Source: Alphaproteobacteria bacterium (lineage in GTDB: Bacteria > Pseudomonadota > Alphaproteobacteria > JAJTHO01 > CANGYM01). Taken from it: 57,880 bases of DNA. The stretch lies in the NCBI GenBank assembly GCA_947458235.1, contig CANGYP010000002.1, positions 1 through 57,880 of the forward strand, written 5' to 3'. The translations under genes and the position numbers were made by a program. Of the stretch, positions 30,369 to 39,546 are shown in pieces. Position 1 is the stretch's first letter, and the number at the start of each line of letters is the position of its first letter. The notes under the pieces were generated by a model. That model worked only from the letters and a program-made list of their open reading frames with translations, was not told the origin of the DNA and searched no databases.

Positions 30369-31153
30369 ATCATTTACAGCGTATCTGTGACAACACCCGC
30401 CGCGAGGTTTTGGCCCGTGAAAAACAAACGCCGCTGGCTGCGTTAAAAGACAATCTCACTTCGGCCCCGCCAGTGCGGGGCTTTGCCCATGCGTTGCAAC
30501 AAAAGGTTTTGGCCAAGCAAACCGCCGTCATTGCGGAAATCAAGCGCATTTCGCCGTCTTTGGGGGCCTTGCACACGGGGGCGGATGCTGTGACGCAGGC
30601 GGCTCTGTATGCACAAGGGGGGGCAACGTGCCTGTCTGTTTTGACCGACAGCGCCTTTTTTGGGGGCAGTTTGCAAGATCTGGTGGATATTCGCGCCCTT
30701 ACCACGTTGCCAGTGCTGCGCAAGGATTTTATGCTGACCCCCTATCAAATCTATGAATCCCGTGTTTATGGGGCGGATTGCGTGCTCTTGATTCTGGCCG
30801 CCCTCTCAGATGCTGAGGTTTTATCCCTGCATGATCTGGCCCTGTCGCTGGGCATGGATGTGTTGCTGGAGGTTCATGATGCGCCAGAGCTTCAAAGGGC
30901 CCTTGCCCTGTCTTCCCCCCTAATCGGGATTAACAATCGCAATCTGACAACGCTGGATATTGATGTGAACACGGGCCTAGCGCTGCGGCCATGGCCGAAA
31001 GGTCGCCTGATGGTGGCCGAAAGCGGATTTTATGAACGCCGCGATATTGTTCAGTATGAACAGGCGGGCTGTTATGCCTTTTTAATCGGCACCGCCCTGA
31101 TGAAAAGTGACGATCCTCGGGATGCCCTGAAACGCCTTCGGGGGACGTCCTAG
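30365..31153 (+). CDS. trpC: indole-3-glycerol phosphate synthase
   Basis: 262 aa from the ATG at 30365 (ATGA overlap with the murJ stop) with VIAEIKRISPS, LSVLTD..FFGGS, LRKDF and INNRNL motifs. Confidence 0.9.
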   Translation: MNHLQRICDNTRREVLAREKQTPLAALKDNLTSAPPVRGFAHALQQKVLAKQTAVIAEIKRISPSLGALHTGADAVTQAALYAQGGATCLSVLTDSAFFGGSLQDLVDIRALTTLPVLRKDFMLTPYQIYESRVYGADCVLLILAALSDAEVLSLHDLALSLGMDVLLEVHDAPELQRALALSSPLIGINNRNLTTLDIDVNTGLALRPWPKGRLMVAESGFYERRDIVQYEQAGCYAFLIGTALMKSDDPRDALKRLRGTS

Positions 31154-31348
31154 GCACATTCATTATAAGCCACGCGCCCATGCTATCCTGCTTTTGTGTG
31201 GCGTGATCCGCAGTACTGTGTTATTGGCAGGGTAGAGTACCCACAGGCGGCCGTCCACGGAGCGATTGCTGCTCGCACTGGCGGTATGACAAGGTCGAAC
31301 CCATAAGAGACCAACAGACTGGCCATACTCGTGGCCCATGTGATCTTG

Positions 31349-31390
31349 GGGTGGACATCTCCCCCTAGGCCACCTGTGTCCACCCTTTTT
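31349..31390 (+). terminator. rho-independent terminator on the plus strand (9-bp stem GGGTGGACA/TGTCCACCC plus T5)
   Basis: A perfect 9-bp stem is followed by TTTTT. It lies ~200 nt downstream of the trpC stop, and its loop contains the stop codon of the convergent holC. Confidence 0.5.
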
Positions 31391-31808
31391 CATCCTGCCG
31401 GTGCAGGGATAGGGTGTGTCCAGCCTCTTGGTGGCGGCGCCAGTGGGTGCGGGATTCTTGGGTGCTGGCCTCATGGCCAGCCTGAAACAGGTAATAATAC
31501 GCATGAAAAACGCTGAGATTTTCAGGAGCGTTCCCGTTCAACATTAAGCATGCAGTGGCCCCATTGCGCGGCACGCACTGATGGGAAACCAAGATGGGCT
31601 GGGCTTCGGCATAGGGATCAGAGCATCGCCCATGGGGCAAAAAAGAGTCCGCCCGATAGGTCCATAACAGTCCGTTGATTTCATCCCGCTGATGGATCGG
31701 GGGGGTGTACACCAGACATTTAATGCCTTCACGGTAAAGGGTTTCCAAAAGACGCGGCAGGGTGTGCAGGGGGGAAAGGGACTGATAAAAAAGGGCTTTG
31801 GCACTCAT
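31365..31808 (-). CDS. holC: DNA polymerase III subunit chi
   Basis: 147 aa; the N-terminal F(Y)Q....... LPRLLETLYREGIKCLVY......EINGLLWTYR..SFLPHG pattern matches HolC. Confidence 0.8.
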   Translation of the reverse strand: MSAKALFYQSLSPLHTLPRLLETLYREGIKCLVYTPPIHQRDEINGLLWTYRADSFLPHGRCSDPYAEAQPILVSHQCVPRNGATACLMLNGNAPENLSVFHAYYYLFQAGHEASTQESRTHWRRHQEAGHTLSLHRQDEKGWTQVA

Positions 31809-34800
31809 AAGGAATCCACGTTTTCCTTTTCAGGATGGAGAACTGACATCACCAAGGCCCGCACTTTCTTCAAATCGATTTTGCCTGTGGGCAGAAGGGG
31901 AATCTCATCCCCCCGCACCATGGCATCGGGTTTGGGCAACCAAAGGTTGGGCAGACGGCTACGGTCCTTCAGAGCCTGATACAGCATGTCTGGCGTTTGG
32001 GTGTCGCTGACAAACAGAACCCCCAAACGCTCGCCTTTGTTGGTATCGGGCAAGCTGACCACCACGGCCTGATGATGGCCCAAAAGGGTGTGGATTTCCT
32101 CTTCAATTTTGCCGTGGGGGACCATTTCCCCGCCCAGTTTGCTGAAACGGCTCAGGCGATCTGTGATCATCAAAAACCCCTCTGGGTCTATTGTTCCGAT
32201 ATCGCCCGTATCGTACCAGCCCCCTTTCATCACCGCCGCCGTTCGTTCGGGAGCGTTATAGTACCCCTGCATTTGCGCGGGACTTTTGATCATAATCCGC
32301 CCTTCCTGCCCTGGAGGGAGGGGTGTATCGTCTTCAAGCCCCACAATGCGCACACTGACTCCGGGGATGGGCTTGCCCACACTGCCCACACGGGTGCCTT
32401 TGTGCCGCCGGCCCCCATGATCAATATCGGGCACATTGACGGACACCACGGGTCCCAGCTCGGTGGTGCCATACCCCTCTAAGATATGGGCATGGGGCAG
32501 GGCGGCAGAAAGTTTTTTCCCCGTTTCCGTCGTTAATTTTTCCCCCCCCACAATCACCAACCGTAAAGTGTCCAGATCATGAGCCTTGGCCACGTTGATG
32601 TAGGTGCGCATAAAAGTCGGTGTGGCCACAATCAGGCCGCTGCGTTCTTTGGCAATGGTCCTGACCACCGTTTTTGCATCCAGCGGGTTGGGATGATACA
32701 CCACGGGCCGCCCCGTTATGGCCGGCAACCACAAACAGGCCGTCAGACCAAAGGAATGAAAAAACGGCAAAATGGCCATCAGGGAGAGTTCTGCTTTATC
32801 CTCGGCCTGCTCCAGCAAACCCCCAACACTTTCGATATTGGCTATGATGTTCTGGTGGGAGAGGGCGATGACTTTGGGCACACCCGTGCTGCCACTGGAA
32901 AACAACAAAACGGCGGTATCATCCTTGCGCCCCCGCACCCACAATCGTTTCAACACAAAGGACGGGCACAGTGCCGCCTGTAACACGGTTATGATTTTTC
33001 GTGTTTGGGGTAGCGTGGCCTGCATATCCTCCAAAAAAATCATGCGATCATCAGGGGCTATACCTGCTTTTTCCACAAAGGCGCGGGATGTGATAAACCG
33101 ATCCGCAGCAAGTGTGGCCAGCGCGGTGTTTAACGCCTCTTCCCCTAGAGAAAAATTCAGATTCACTGCCACCTTGCCCTGCATCACAGCGGCAATGTTC
33201 ACCAAGGCCCCTCCCACACTGGCAGGCAGAAGCAGGGGGATGTTATCCCCCCATCTTTGTTCCGATAACCACAGCCCGATCATGCGGGTGCCCGCCAAGG
33301 CTTGGAATCCTGTGCAGCGTTTGCCCGTTGTGTCGGAAAAAATACAATCCCGCAGATGGTGCCGCATTTGCACAACAAAGCGTGCCCCCAATGTATCATG
33401 GTGGGGATAGCGCAGGGGAATGGCCTCGGTGCCCATTTCGGAAATGATTTGTTCCAGCTGCCAAGCCCGCGTTTCGGGTGGCAGGACCTTGCCCACGGAC
33501 ACGGTGAGGGGATAGGGAAGCTGTTTTGGCCATTTTTTGAAAAAACGACGGCCAGAAAAACTGAAAATGCTGCCCCACAACCGTTCCAGATGAATGGGCA
33601 CAATGTCAACATCCAGACCCTCAACCAGAGCCTCTATCCCCCGTTTAAAGGGATACAGATGCCCTGTGCGGCTCAGGATCCCTTCAGGAAACAGGCACAC
33701 AACGCCCCCTTCGCGCAGGTGTTGCCGCGCAGCCTCTAAGCCCTGTCGTGTTTCCCCGACGGCCCCACTGCCAAAGGGAATCGCCCCCGCAACCGTTAAA
33801 CAAAAACGGGTCAGGGGCTTTTTCCAAAATTTGGCCAAAACCAAAAAATGCACCCGCTTGGGGGCCAACATACTAATGAGCAAACCATCAATAAACGTCA
33901 CATGATTCGCCACAATCACAGTGGGGCGTTTCAGGGGGGGGAAGTGTCCCTGATGCAGACCATCACCCGTGAGTTTGATGCGATAAATCCGTCGCATGAT
34001 CCAATACAGAAAGGATTCCAGCGCATCATGCAGCAAAACAGGATACGCCATGACCCCCAACACCAACGCCACAATCACAATGCCACCACTGGCGGAGATG
34101 ATCTCAGAGGCCGATAAATTAAAGTGGGTGCCCAGAAGCCAGAACAGGCCAGAGGCCAACAAGACCCCCATCATGTCTAGAACATTGTTCAGGGCCATGA
34201 CTTGGCCCCGTTGATCGTCTGGCGATTGTTGTTGCATCAACGTCACCACGGGCACAATGAACAATCCCGCCCCCACACCCGCCAGCCCGATCCACAGGGC
34301 TGTATCCCAATACCCCGACGCAAAGACACCGCAGATACTACAGGATATCCCCATCACAACAGCACCCCAGACGATCAGGGTTTTACGGATGCTTTTGCCC
34401 AAAATGGATCCAGCGACCACGCTGCCTATGCCGATACCCACAGCCAGAAAGGAAAACAGGGACCCCGCTTTGGCCTCGCTGAGGCCAAGTTCCTTCGTGC
34501 CCAACAAAATCAGGGATAGGTAAATCAACCCCCCCATCATCCAATACACAATGCTGCCCGTTAAGGCCCCCATCAGGGTGCGGCGGGCCTTCACGATGGG
34601 CCATGTGCGGACGATTTCCCCGAAGGGGTTGAGGTCAAAGGGCTTGCTGGGATTATGGAGGGTTGTGGCAGGCGACAGCAGACATAACAGCGTTCCAATC
34701 ACCGCCAGAGCGGTTAAAATCAGCCCGATCATCACGGGGTTGTTCTGAAATACCTGCCACATCACTCCCCCTGCCAAGGATCCCGTGATGATGGCCACAT

Positions 34801-35254
34801 AGGTGAGCATGTTCAGGTATCCGTTGGCCTTGGGCCAGTCTTCGGGCTTCATCCATTCTGGCAAAATCCCGTATTTTGACGGACTGAAAAAGGTGGACTG
34901 AACCGCCATAAAAAACAACGTCATCATCAGCAAATCCATGCGATGCGGGGCCCAAACAAAAATTGCCAGCGCTGCCCCCATGGCCACGATTTCAACGGAT
35001 TTGCTGATTTTTAAAATACGGCTTTTGGGGTATCGGTCTGTCACATAACCCGCATAGCCCGAAAACAAAACAAACGGCAAAATGGCCAGCGCACTGATGA
35101 TGGATAAATAGGCTTTTTGGTCGTTGGGATCCGTAAAGATGGCCACTGAAGCTAGCGATAACACCAACTTAAAGGCATTGTCGTTAAAGGCCCCAAAAAA
35201 CTGGGCGGCCAAAAAACACAAAAAACGGGGATGAAAGGGGTGAATGGTACGCAC
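31805..35254 (-). CDS. aas: triple fusion: MFS lysophospholipid transporter (LplT-like) / PlsC-type acyltransferase / acyl-ACP synthetase (Aas)
   Basis: 1149 aa with ~12 TM helices at the N-terminus, the HxxxxD acyltransferase box (NHVTFID), and AMP-binding motifs LLFSSGSTGVPKVIALSH and GYGTTE. GTG start. Confidence 0.85.
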   Translation of the reverse strand: MRTIHPFHPRFLCFLAAQFFGAFNDNAFKLVLSLASVAIFTDPNDQKAYLSIISALAILPFVLFSGYAGYVTDRYPKSRILKISKSVEIVAMGAALAIFVWAPHRMDLLMMTLFFMAVQSTFFSPSKYGILPEWMKPEDWPKANGYLNMLTYVAIITGSLAGGVMWQVFQNNPVMIGLILTALAVIGTLLCLLSPATTLHNPSKPFDLNPFGEIVRTWPIVKARRTLMGALTGSIVYWMMGGLIYLSLILLGTKELGLSEAKAGSLFSFLAVGIGIGSVVAGSILGKSIRKTLIVWGAVVMGISCSICGVFASGYWDTALWIGLAGVGAGLFIVPVVTLMQQQSPDDQRGQVMALNNVLDMMGVLLASGLFWLLGTHFNLSASEIISASGGIVIVALVLGVMAYPVLLHDALESFLYWIMRRIYRIKLTGDGLHQGHFPPLKRPTVIVANHVTFIDGLLISMLAPKRVHFLVLAKFWKKPLTRFCLTVAGAIPFGSGAVGETRQGLEAARQHLREGGVVCLFPEGILSRTGHLYPFKRGIEALVEGLDVDIVPIHLERLWGSIFSFSGRRFFKKWPKQLPYPLTVSVGKVLPPETRAWQLEQIISEMGTEAIPLRYPHHDTLGARFVVQMRHHLRDCIFSDTTGKRCTGFQALAGTRMIGLWLSEQRWGDNIPLLLPASVGGALVNIAAVMQGKVAVNLNFSLGEEALNTALATLAADRFITSRAFVEKAGIAPDDRMIFLEDMQATLPQTRKIITVLQAALCPSFVLKRLWVRGRKDDTAVLLFSSGSTGVPKVIALSHQNIIANIESVGGLLEQAEDKAELSLMAILPFFHSFGLTACLWLPAITGRPVVYHPNPLDAKTVVRTIAKERSGLIVATPTFMRTYINVAKAHDLDTLRLVIVGGEKLTTETGKKLSAALPHAHILEGYGTTELGPVVSVNVPDIDHGGRRHKGTRVGSVGKPIPGVSVRIVGLEDDTPLPPGQEGRIMIKSPAQMQGYYNAPERTAAVMKGGWYDTGDIGTIDPEGFLMITDRLSRFSKLGGEMVPHGKIEEEIHTLLGHHQAVVVSLPDTNKGERLGVLFVSDTQTPDMLYQALKDRSRLPNLWLPKPDAMVRGDEIPLLPTGKIDLKKVRALVMSVLHPEKENVDSL

Positions 35255-35272
35255 AATCAGGATCCAAAGGGG

Positions 35273-35836
35273 TTATGGGCTAAGGCGCACAAACAAAAAT
35301 TTTGTGTATTCTTTTAAGGGGCCCCACCATGCGTCAGGATTTTTCCACCGATCATCCTTCAAAAGGGGCTCGATCCGCAAGGGATGAGGGGTGACAATAC
35401 GATCTGGCAAAGCCTTTTGAAACAACAGCAGGGCACGGGGCAGATGCAAATCATCGGTGACTAAAATCAGATGATGAATATCATGGGCATACACCCATGC
35501 CGCCGTTTGCTGGGCATTTTCCACCGTGTTGCGGGCGATGCTGTCAAACACAACACAGCAGGTCATTTGGGATGCGGGGATTTTTCCCCGTTGAATCAAC
35601 TCTGTTTTTTTTACATCGGGATGAACACCAGATACATAGAAAAAGCGGCCGTGGCCTTCTTGGAACAAGCGCAGACCCTCGTCAATGCGGCCTTGGCGAC
35701 CCGTTAGCACAACAATGGCATCAGCAGGTTTGTCTGGCAACGTCTGATCCGTGGGCAAGGTGTGCAGAAACACAAAAAAGCCCATGACATAAAACAAAAT
35801 CAACAGGTTAAAAACAGACGAGATAACAAAAAACAT
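35273..35836 (-). CDS. DUF218 (YdcF/ElyC/SanA-like) membrane-anchored protein
   Basis: N-terminal TM helix then ADAIVVLTGRQGRIDEGLRLF..G....FYVSGV, typical of DUF218. ATG at 35836 (the track start at 35893 is GTG). Confidence 0.6.
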   Translation of the reverse strand: MFFVISSVFNLLILFYVMGFFVFLHTLPTDQTLPDKPADAIVVLTGRQGRIDEGLRLFQEGHGRFFYVSGVHPDVKKTELIQRGKIPASQMTCCVVFDSIARNTVENAQQTAAWVYAHDIHHLILVTDDLHLPRALLLFQKALPDRIVTPHPLRIEPLLKDDRWKNPDAWWGPLKEYTKFLFVRLSP

Positions 35837-35977
35837 AAGCGGGGTATCGTGCGTTGGCAACAAGGTATGTGAACAGGAAACGTACCCTACCACAGGGTCG
35901 TTTTAAAAAAAATCCGAAACTGATAAACCCCAAAAAGCATACCCGCATGAATGCGCCCAATGCGGTGAGCCATCCCC

Positions 35978-38056
35978 CTAACAAGACGTCGCGGCGCAGG
36001 CGGGATCCTTCAGCAGGGGGGTTATGGTGTCCATGACGCGGGATGGGGTCAGGATTTGGGGCAGCAACACAGGCGGACGATCCCCCGTTGGATAAAAAAT
36101 ATACACGGGAACCCCTGTGCGGTTAAAGGTTTCCAGATAACGGGTCAGGGTATCATCGCGGCGGGTCCAGTCTGCCCGCAGCACCGCAATGCCATTGTCC
36201 GAAAAAAAGGTCTGGACCTCTTGCCGGTGCAGGGTTGTGTTTTCGTTGACTTTGCACGTGATGCACCAATCGGCGGTGGCATAGACAAACACGGGTTGAT
36301 CTTTGGCGCGCAGGGCATTTAAGGTCTCCAGCGCAAAGCCCTGACTCTGGGCGTGCTGATCCCTGCTGTTTGCATCCATAGTATGGGCCAGAACAGGAAT
36401 CAACAGCAGCAATCCCGCCATCATCCCCCACAATCCCCGTTTCATGGTTTGTTTTTTGGACAGCTGAATCAAACTCAGGACCACCGCAACCCCCAGCAAT
36501 CCAAAGCCCACCATCACCACCACCAAAATCCCCGCCTGTTGTCCCAACACCCACAACAACCACAGAATCGTCACCAACAACGGGTACACCATCAGGGTTT
36601 TCACATGCTGCATCCACGGCCCAGGAGCAGGCAACAGGCGATGAATGGCGGGCACCATACTGATCATCAAATACGGAAAGGCCATCCCCAGACCCAGCAT
36701 CACAAAAACCATCATCAGATTGGGCACAGGCAACGTCAGGGCAAAGCCAATGGCTGGCGCCATAAAGGGAACGCTGCACGGGGATGCCAGAACGGTGGCC
36801 AACAGGCCCGTTAAAAACGCCCCCCGATACCCCTGATGGTGGGCCACGGCAATGGACAAATGCACGGGCACCTTACCCCGCAAGCCCTGAATCACCGCAA
36901 ACAAAACCAGAATCAGGGTGACCAGAAACCAAGGCTCTTGCAACTGAAAGCCCCACCCCACGGCCATGCCCGTCTGCCGCAGGCCCGCCATGATCCCCGC
37001 CATGATGACAAAGCCCAGCACAATGCCCCCTGCGTACACCAGACCGTCCAAACGGGCCTCCCGTTCTTCTTTGCCGCGCAGATGGGCGATGGACAGGGCC
37101 TTTAGGGACAAAATGGGAAACACGCAGGGCATGATGTTTAAAATCAGGCCCCCCAAAAAAGCATACAGCCACGCCTGCGGCCAGCCCAGCATGGCAAAGC
37201 GTTCGCGGTAAAACCCAACCTCTGGCGATCCCTGCGGCAAAGATACCGTATAGGGCGTGCCGTCCAGCATCACAAAGCCCGAAAGGGGTTCTTTCAGGGG
37301 CAAATTAACCCCCTCCTCCAGCGGGATCTGCATGAGCAAGGTTTTGCTCCGCTGATCCAAAGTTTGGGCCGCGCTGGGGGGGACAACACCCACGGACTCG
37401 ATAAAGATATAACCCTCTTGGACACGGCGGGGGGCATCGGCGATCAGAACACCAAGCGTTTGATCCTGCACAAAAAAATGTCCGCTCAGGCTGGGATAGG
37501 TCAAATCCACCTTGCGCCGCTCCATAAAATCCGCATCGGGGGCCGCGTTGGGGGTCACAATTTGGGCGGGCAACACAAAGGTGGCATCTTCAGGAATGCA
37601 AATGTCCTGACAGGCCAGCCATGTGGCCTTGATCTGAATGGGCCGCGTTAAATCAGGCAAGGGGGACGGGGCCGTGATGGAAAAATACAAACGAATGGTG
37701 CCCTGATACCCATAATTCACCAAATGCGCCACTGGCAAGCGCTCTGGCGCAGGCCACGACAAACGCGATAACGTAAAGGACGACGGAATATCCACCTGCA
37801 ACTGCGTGGGCAACCCCGAATCCCCTGGGTTTTTCCAATAGCTGTGCCAGCCTGGGGTGTGGGTGAGTTCCAACGCAAAATGATGCACGGCCCCAGCGGA
37901 CCATCCTGCCTGCGCGGCGATCAGGGTTGGTGCGACTTGCTCGGCATGCACAACACGGGGCGTGATCCGCAAAGCCTCGGCTTTGGCGGGAAGAGTAGAA
38001 AAACCAAAAATCCCTAGCAACAGAACAAAACAGGACTGACGCAAAACCTTCGTCAT
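35978..38056 (-). CDS. protein-disulfide reductase DsbD/ScsB family
   Basis: Signal peptide MTKVLRQSCFVLLLGIFGFSTLPAKA, N-terminal domain WLACQDICIPE, membrane core CVFPILSLK / PCSVPFMAPA, and C-terminal thioredoxin ADWCITCK. The upstream 44 codons of the ORF run through a palindromic repeat. Confidence 0.8.
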   Translation of the reverse strand: MTKVLRQSCFVLLLGIFGFSTLPAKAEALRITPRVVHAEQVAPTLIAAQAGWSAGAVHHFALELTHTPGWHSYWKNPGDSGLPTQLQVDIPSSFTLSRLSWPAPERLPVAHLVNYGYQGTIRLYFSITAPSPLPDLTRPIQIKATWLACQDICIPEDATFVLPAQIVTPNAAPDADFMERRKVDLTYPSLSGHFFVQDQTLGVLIADAPRRVQEGYIFIESVGVVPPSAAQTLDQRSKTLLMQIPLEEGVNLPLKEPLSGFVMLDGTPYTVSLPQGSPEVGFYRERFAMLGWPQAWLYAFLGGLILNIMPCVFPILSLKALSIAHLRGKEEREARLDGLVYAGGIVLGFVIMAGIMAGLRQTGMAVGWGFQLQEPWFLVTLILVLFAVIQGLRGKVPVHLSIAVAHHQGYRGAFLTGLLATVLASPCSVPFMAPAIGFALTLPVPNLMMVFVMLGLGMAFPYLMISMVPAIHRLLPAPGPWMQHVKTLMVYPLLVTILWLLWVLGQQAGILVVVMVGFGLLGVAVVLSLIQLSKKQTMKRGLWGMMAGLLLLIPVLAHTMDANSRDQHAQSQGFALETLNALRAKDQPVFVYATADWCITCKVNENTTLHRQEVQTFFSDNGIAVLRADWTRRDDTLTRYLETFNRTGVPVYIFYPTGDRPPVLLPQILTPSRVMDTITPLLKDPACAATSC

Positions 38057-38138
38057 TGCGAGCCTCCGGAGGAGGCGTGGCAATCCAGTCATGCCCATGG
38101 CGGCATCTCTGGATTGCTTCGCTGCGCTCGCAATGACG
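38051..38138. repeat. 88-bp palindromic (MITE-like) repeat, copy B
   Basis: CGTCATTGCGAGC..GGCAATCCAG ... CTGGATTGCTTCGCTGCGCTCGCAATGACG, with the same termini and core as copy A. Its terminal CAATGACG supplies the putative ATG-ACG start of the dsbD-like gene. Confidence 0.8.
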
Positions 38139-38211
38139 ATGTGCATAAGCCCCACAAAAAACACAAAGCGTTTCATAAAACAGCCCATGGATGGAATTCT
38201 TATTCTTTTTT

Positions 38212-38850
38212 TTACAGCGTTACCACCGTTTTGCCAAGAGATGGACGGGGATAGGGGTCTGGAAATACAGAGGGCACCTGCCCCCGTGCCAAGGCCAGAA
38301 AATTCGACAGCAGTTGATACCCATAATCGCTGGCGATGCTTTCAGGATGAAACTGAACGCCATACAGAGGCAGGGATTCATGACGCATGGCCATAATCAG
38401 ATCATCATCCAAGCTGCGGGCCGTCACCAGCAAGTCTGGCGGGGCACGATCCACCACCAAAGAATGATAACGGGCCACCGTATACGGCGACGGGATGTGG
38501 GAAAACAAGGGGCAATCCCCATGGGATATTTGGGATTGTTTGCCGTGCATGGGTTTGGGGGCGCGGATGATGTTGGCCCCAAAGGCCTCCCCCAAGGCTT
38601 GATGGCCCAGACAGACCCCCAGCAGAGGCCGTTTGGTATCCGCCGCATACCGCACCAACGGTACACTGATCCCCGCCTCTTTGGGGGAGCAAGGGCCTGG
38701 GGAAATGATCATGGCCTGCGGGGACAGCGCGTCAACTTCAGAAAGGGTGATGGCATCATTGCGCACAACGCGCACATCGGCCCCAATCACCTGAACGTAA
38801 TGAACCAGATTGTAAACAAAACTGTCGTAATTATCGATGAACAGAATCAT
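38212..38850 (-). CDS. anthranilate/aminodeoxychorismate synthase glutamine amidotransferase component II
   Basis: MILFIDNYDSFVYNL, catalytic GVCLGHQ and FHPES. trpG versus pabA cannot be told apart from sequence alone. Confidence 0.85.
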   Translation of the reverse strand: MILFIDNYDSFVYNLVHYVQVIGADVRVVRNDAITLSEVDALSPQAMIISPGPCSPKEAGISVPLVRYAADTKRPLLGVCLGHQALGEAFGANIIRAPKPMHGKQSQISHGDCPLFSHIPSPYTVARYHSLVVDRAPPDLLVTARSLDDDLIMAMRHESLPLYGVQFHPESIASDYGYQLLSNFLALARGQVPSVFPDPYPRPSLGKTVVTL

Positions 38851-38904
38851 CACAGGCCCCAGCGTTATGGTGTGCAGGGGCCTTTGTGTTCAGACAGTCG
38901 TTTT

Positions 38905-39396
38905 TTAAAACGACGTTCCCGTGGCCCCGACGCCCCCTGGATTGTAAAGGTTATATTCAATAATGCCAGACCAAAATTTTTCCGCTTTGTGCAGGGTGTC
39001 ACAAGCCTGACGAATTTCGGACTCCTTGGTGTGGGTGGCGGCCAAGCGATCGGCGTGACTGGCAAAAATGTCACGGAATTTCAAAAACAAATCCTTGCCC
39101 TTGGGCGTTAAGCGCACGCGGACAGAACGACGGTCATGGACGGAACGCTGCTGCTCCAGATAGGTATTCTCCACCATTTTCCGGACGTTATAGGACACGT
39201 TGGATCCCAAATAATAGCCACGGTTAATCAATTCCCCGATGGTCAATTCGTCCAAACCGATGTTAAACAAAATCAGTGTTTGGACGTTGTTGATGTCTTG
39301 GATACCGATTTTGTCCAGTTCGGCTTTGACAACTTCTAAAAACTGGCGGTGAACACGCTCTAGAGAGCGCACAAATTCAAGATAGGGTTGCAGCAC
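38905..39396 (-). CDS. MarR-family (winged-helix) transcriptional regulator
   Basis: 163 aa; the ..LTIGELINRGYYLGSNVSYNVRKMVENTYLEQQRSVHDRRSVRVRLTPKGKDL wHTH pattern is typical of MarR-like regulators. GTG start preceded by a perfect GAAGGAG Shine-Dalgarno. Confidence 0.6.
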   Translation of the reverse strand: MLQPYLEFVRSLERVHRQFLEVVKAELDKIGIQDINNVQTLILFNIGLDELTIGELINRGYYLGSNVSYNVRKMVENTYLEQQRSVHDRRSVRVRLTPKGKDLFLKFRDIFASHADRLAATHTKESEIRQACDTLHKAEKFWSGIIEYNLYNPGGVGATGTSF

Positions 39397-39546
39397 GGTG
39401 ATGCTCCTTCAAAAAGTTTCAAGTTCCAGTGTGATCATGTCTTTTGTACACGTGTTATGTTACGATACAAGGGTTTTGTTAAAACCTAGCTAAAAAAAAC
39501 CTGAAAAGTTTTGATATGCCCTTTGGCGCCGTCATGAATGTGATGG

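Noticed and set aside
36153-36779. 208-aa minus-strand alternative-frame ORF inside the dsbD-like gene
   Set aside because: It is out of frame with the DsbD core, which carries the conserved Cys motifs, and its translation is Gly/Asp-rich junk.
38191-39111. 306-aa plus-strand ORF
   Set aside because: It is antisense to the trpG/pabA and MarR genes, both of which have clear family motifs.
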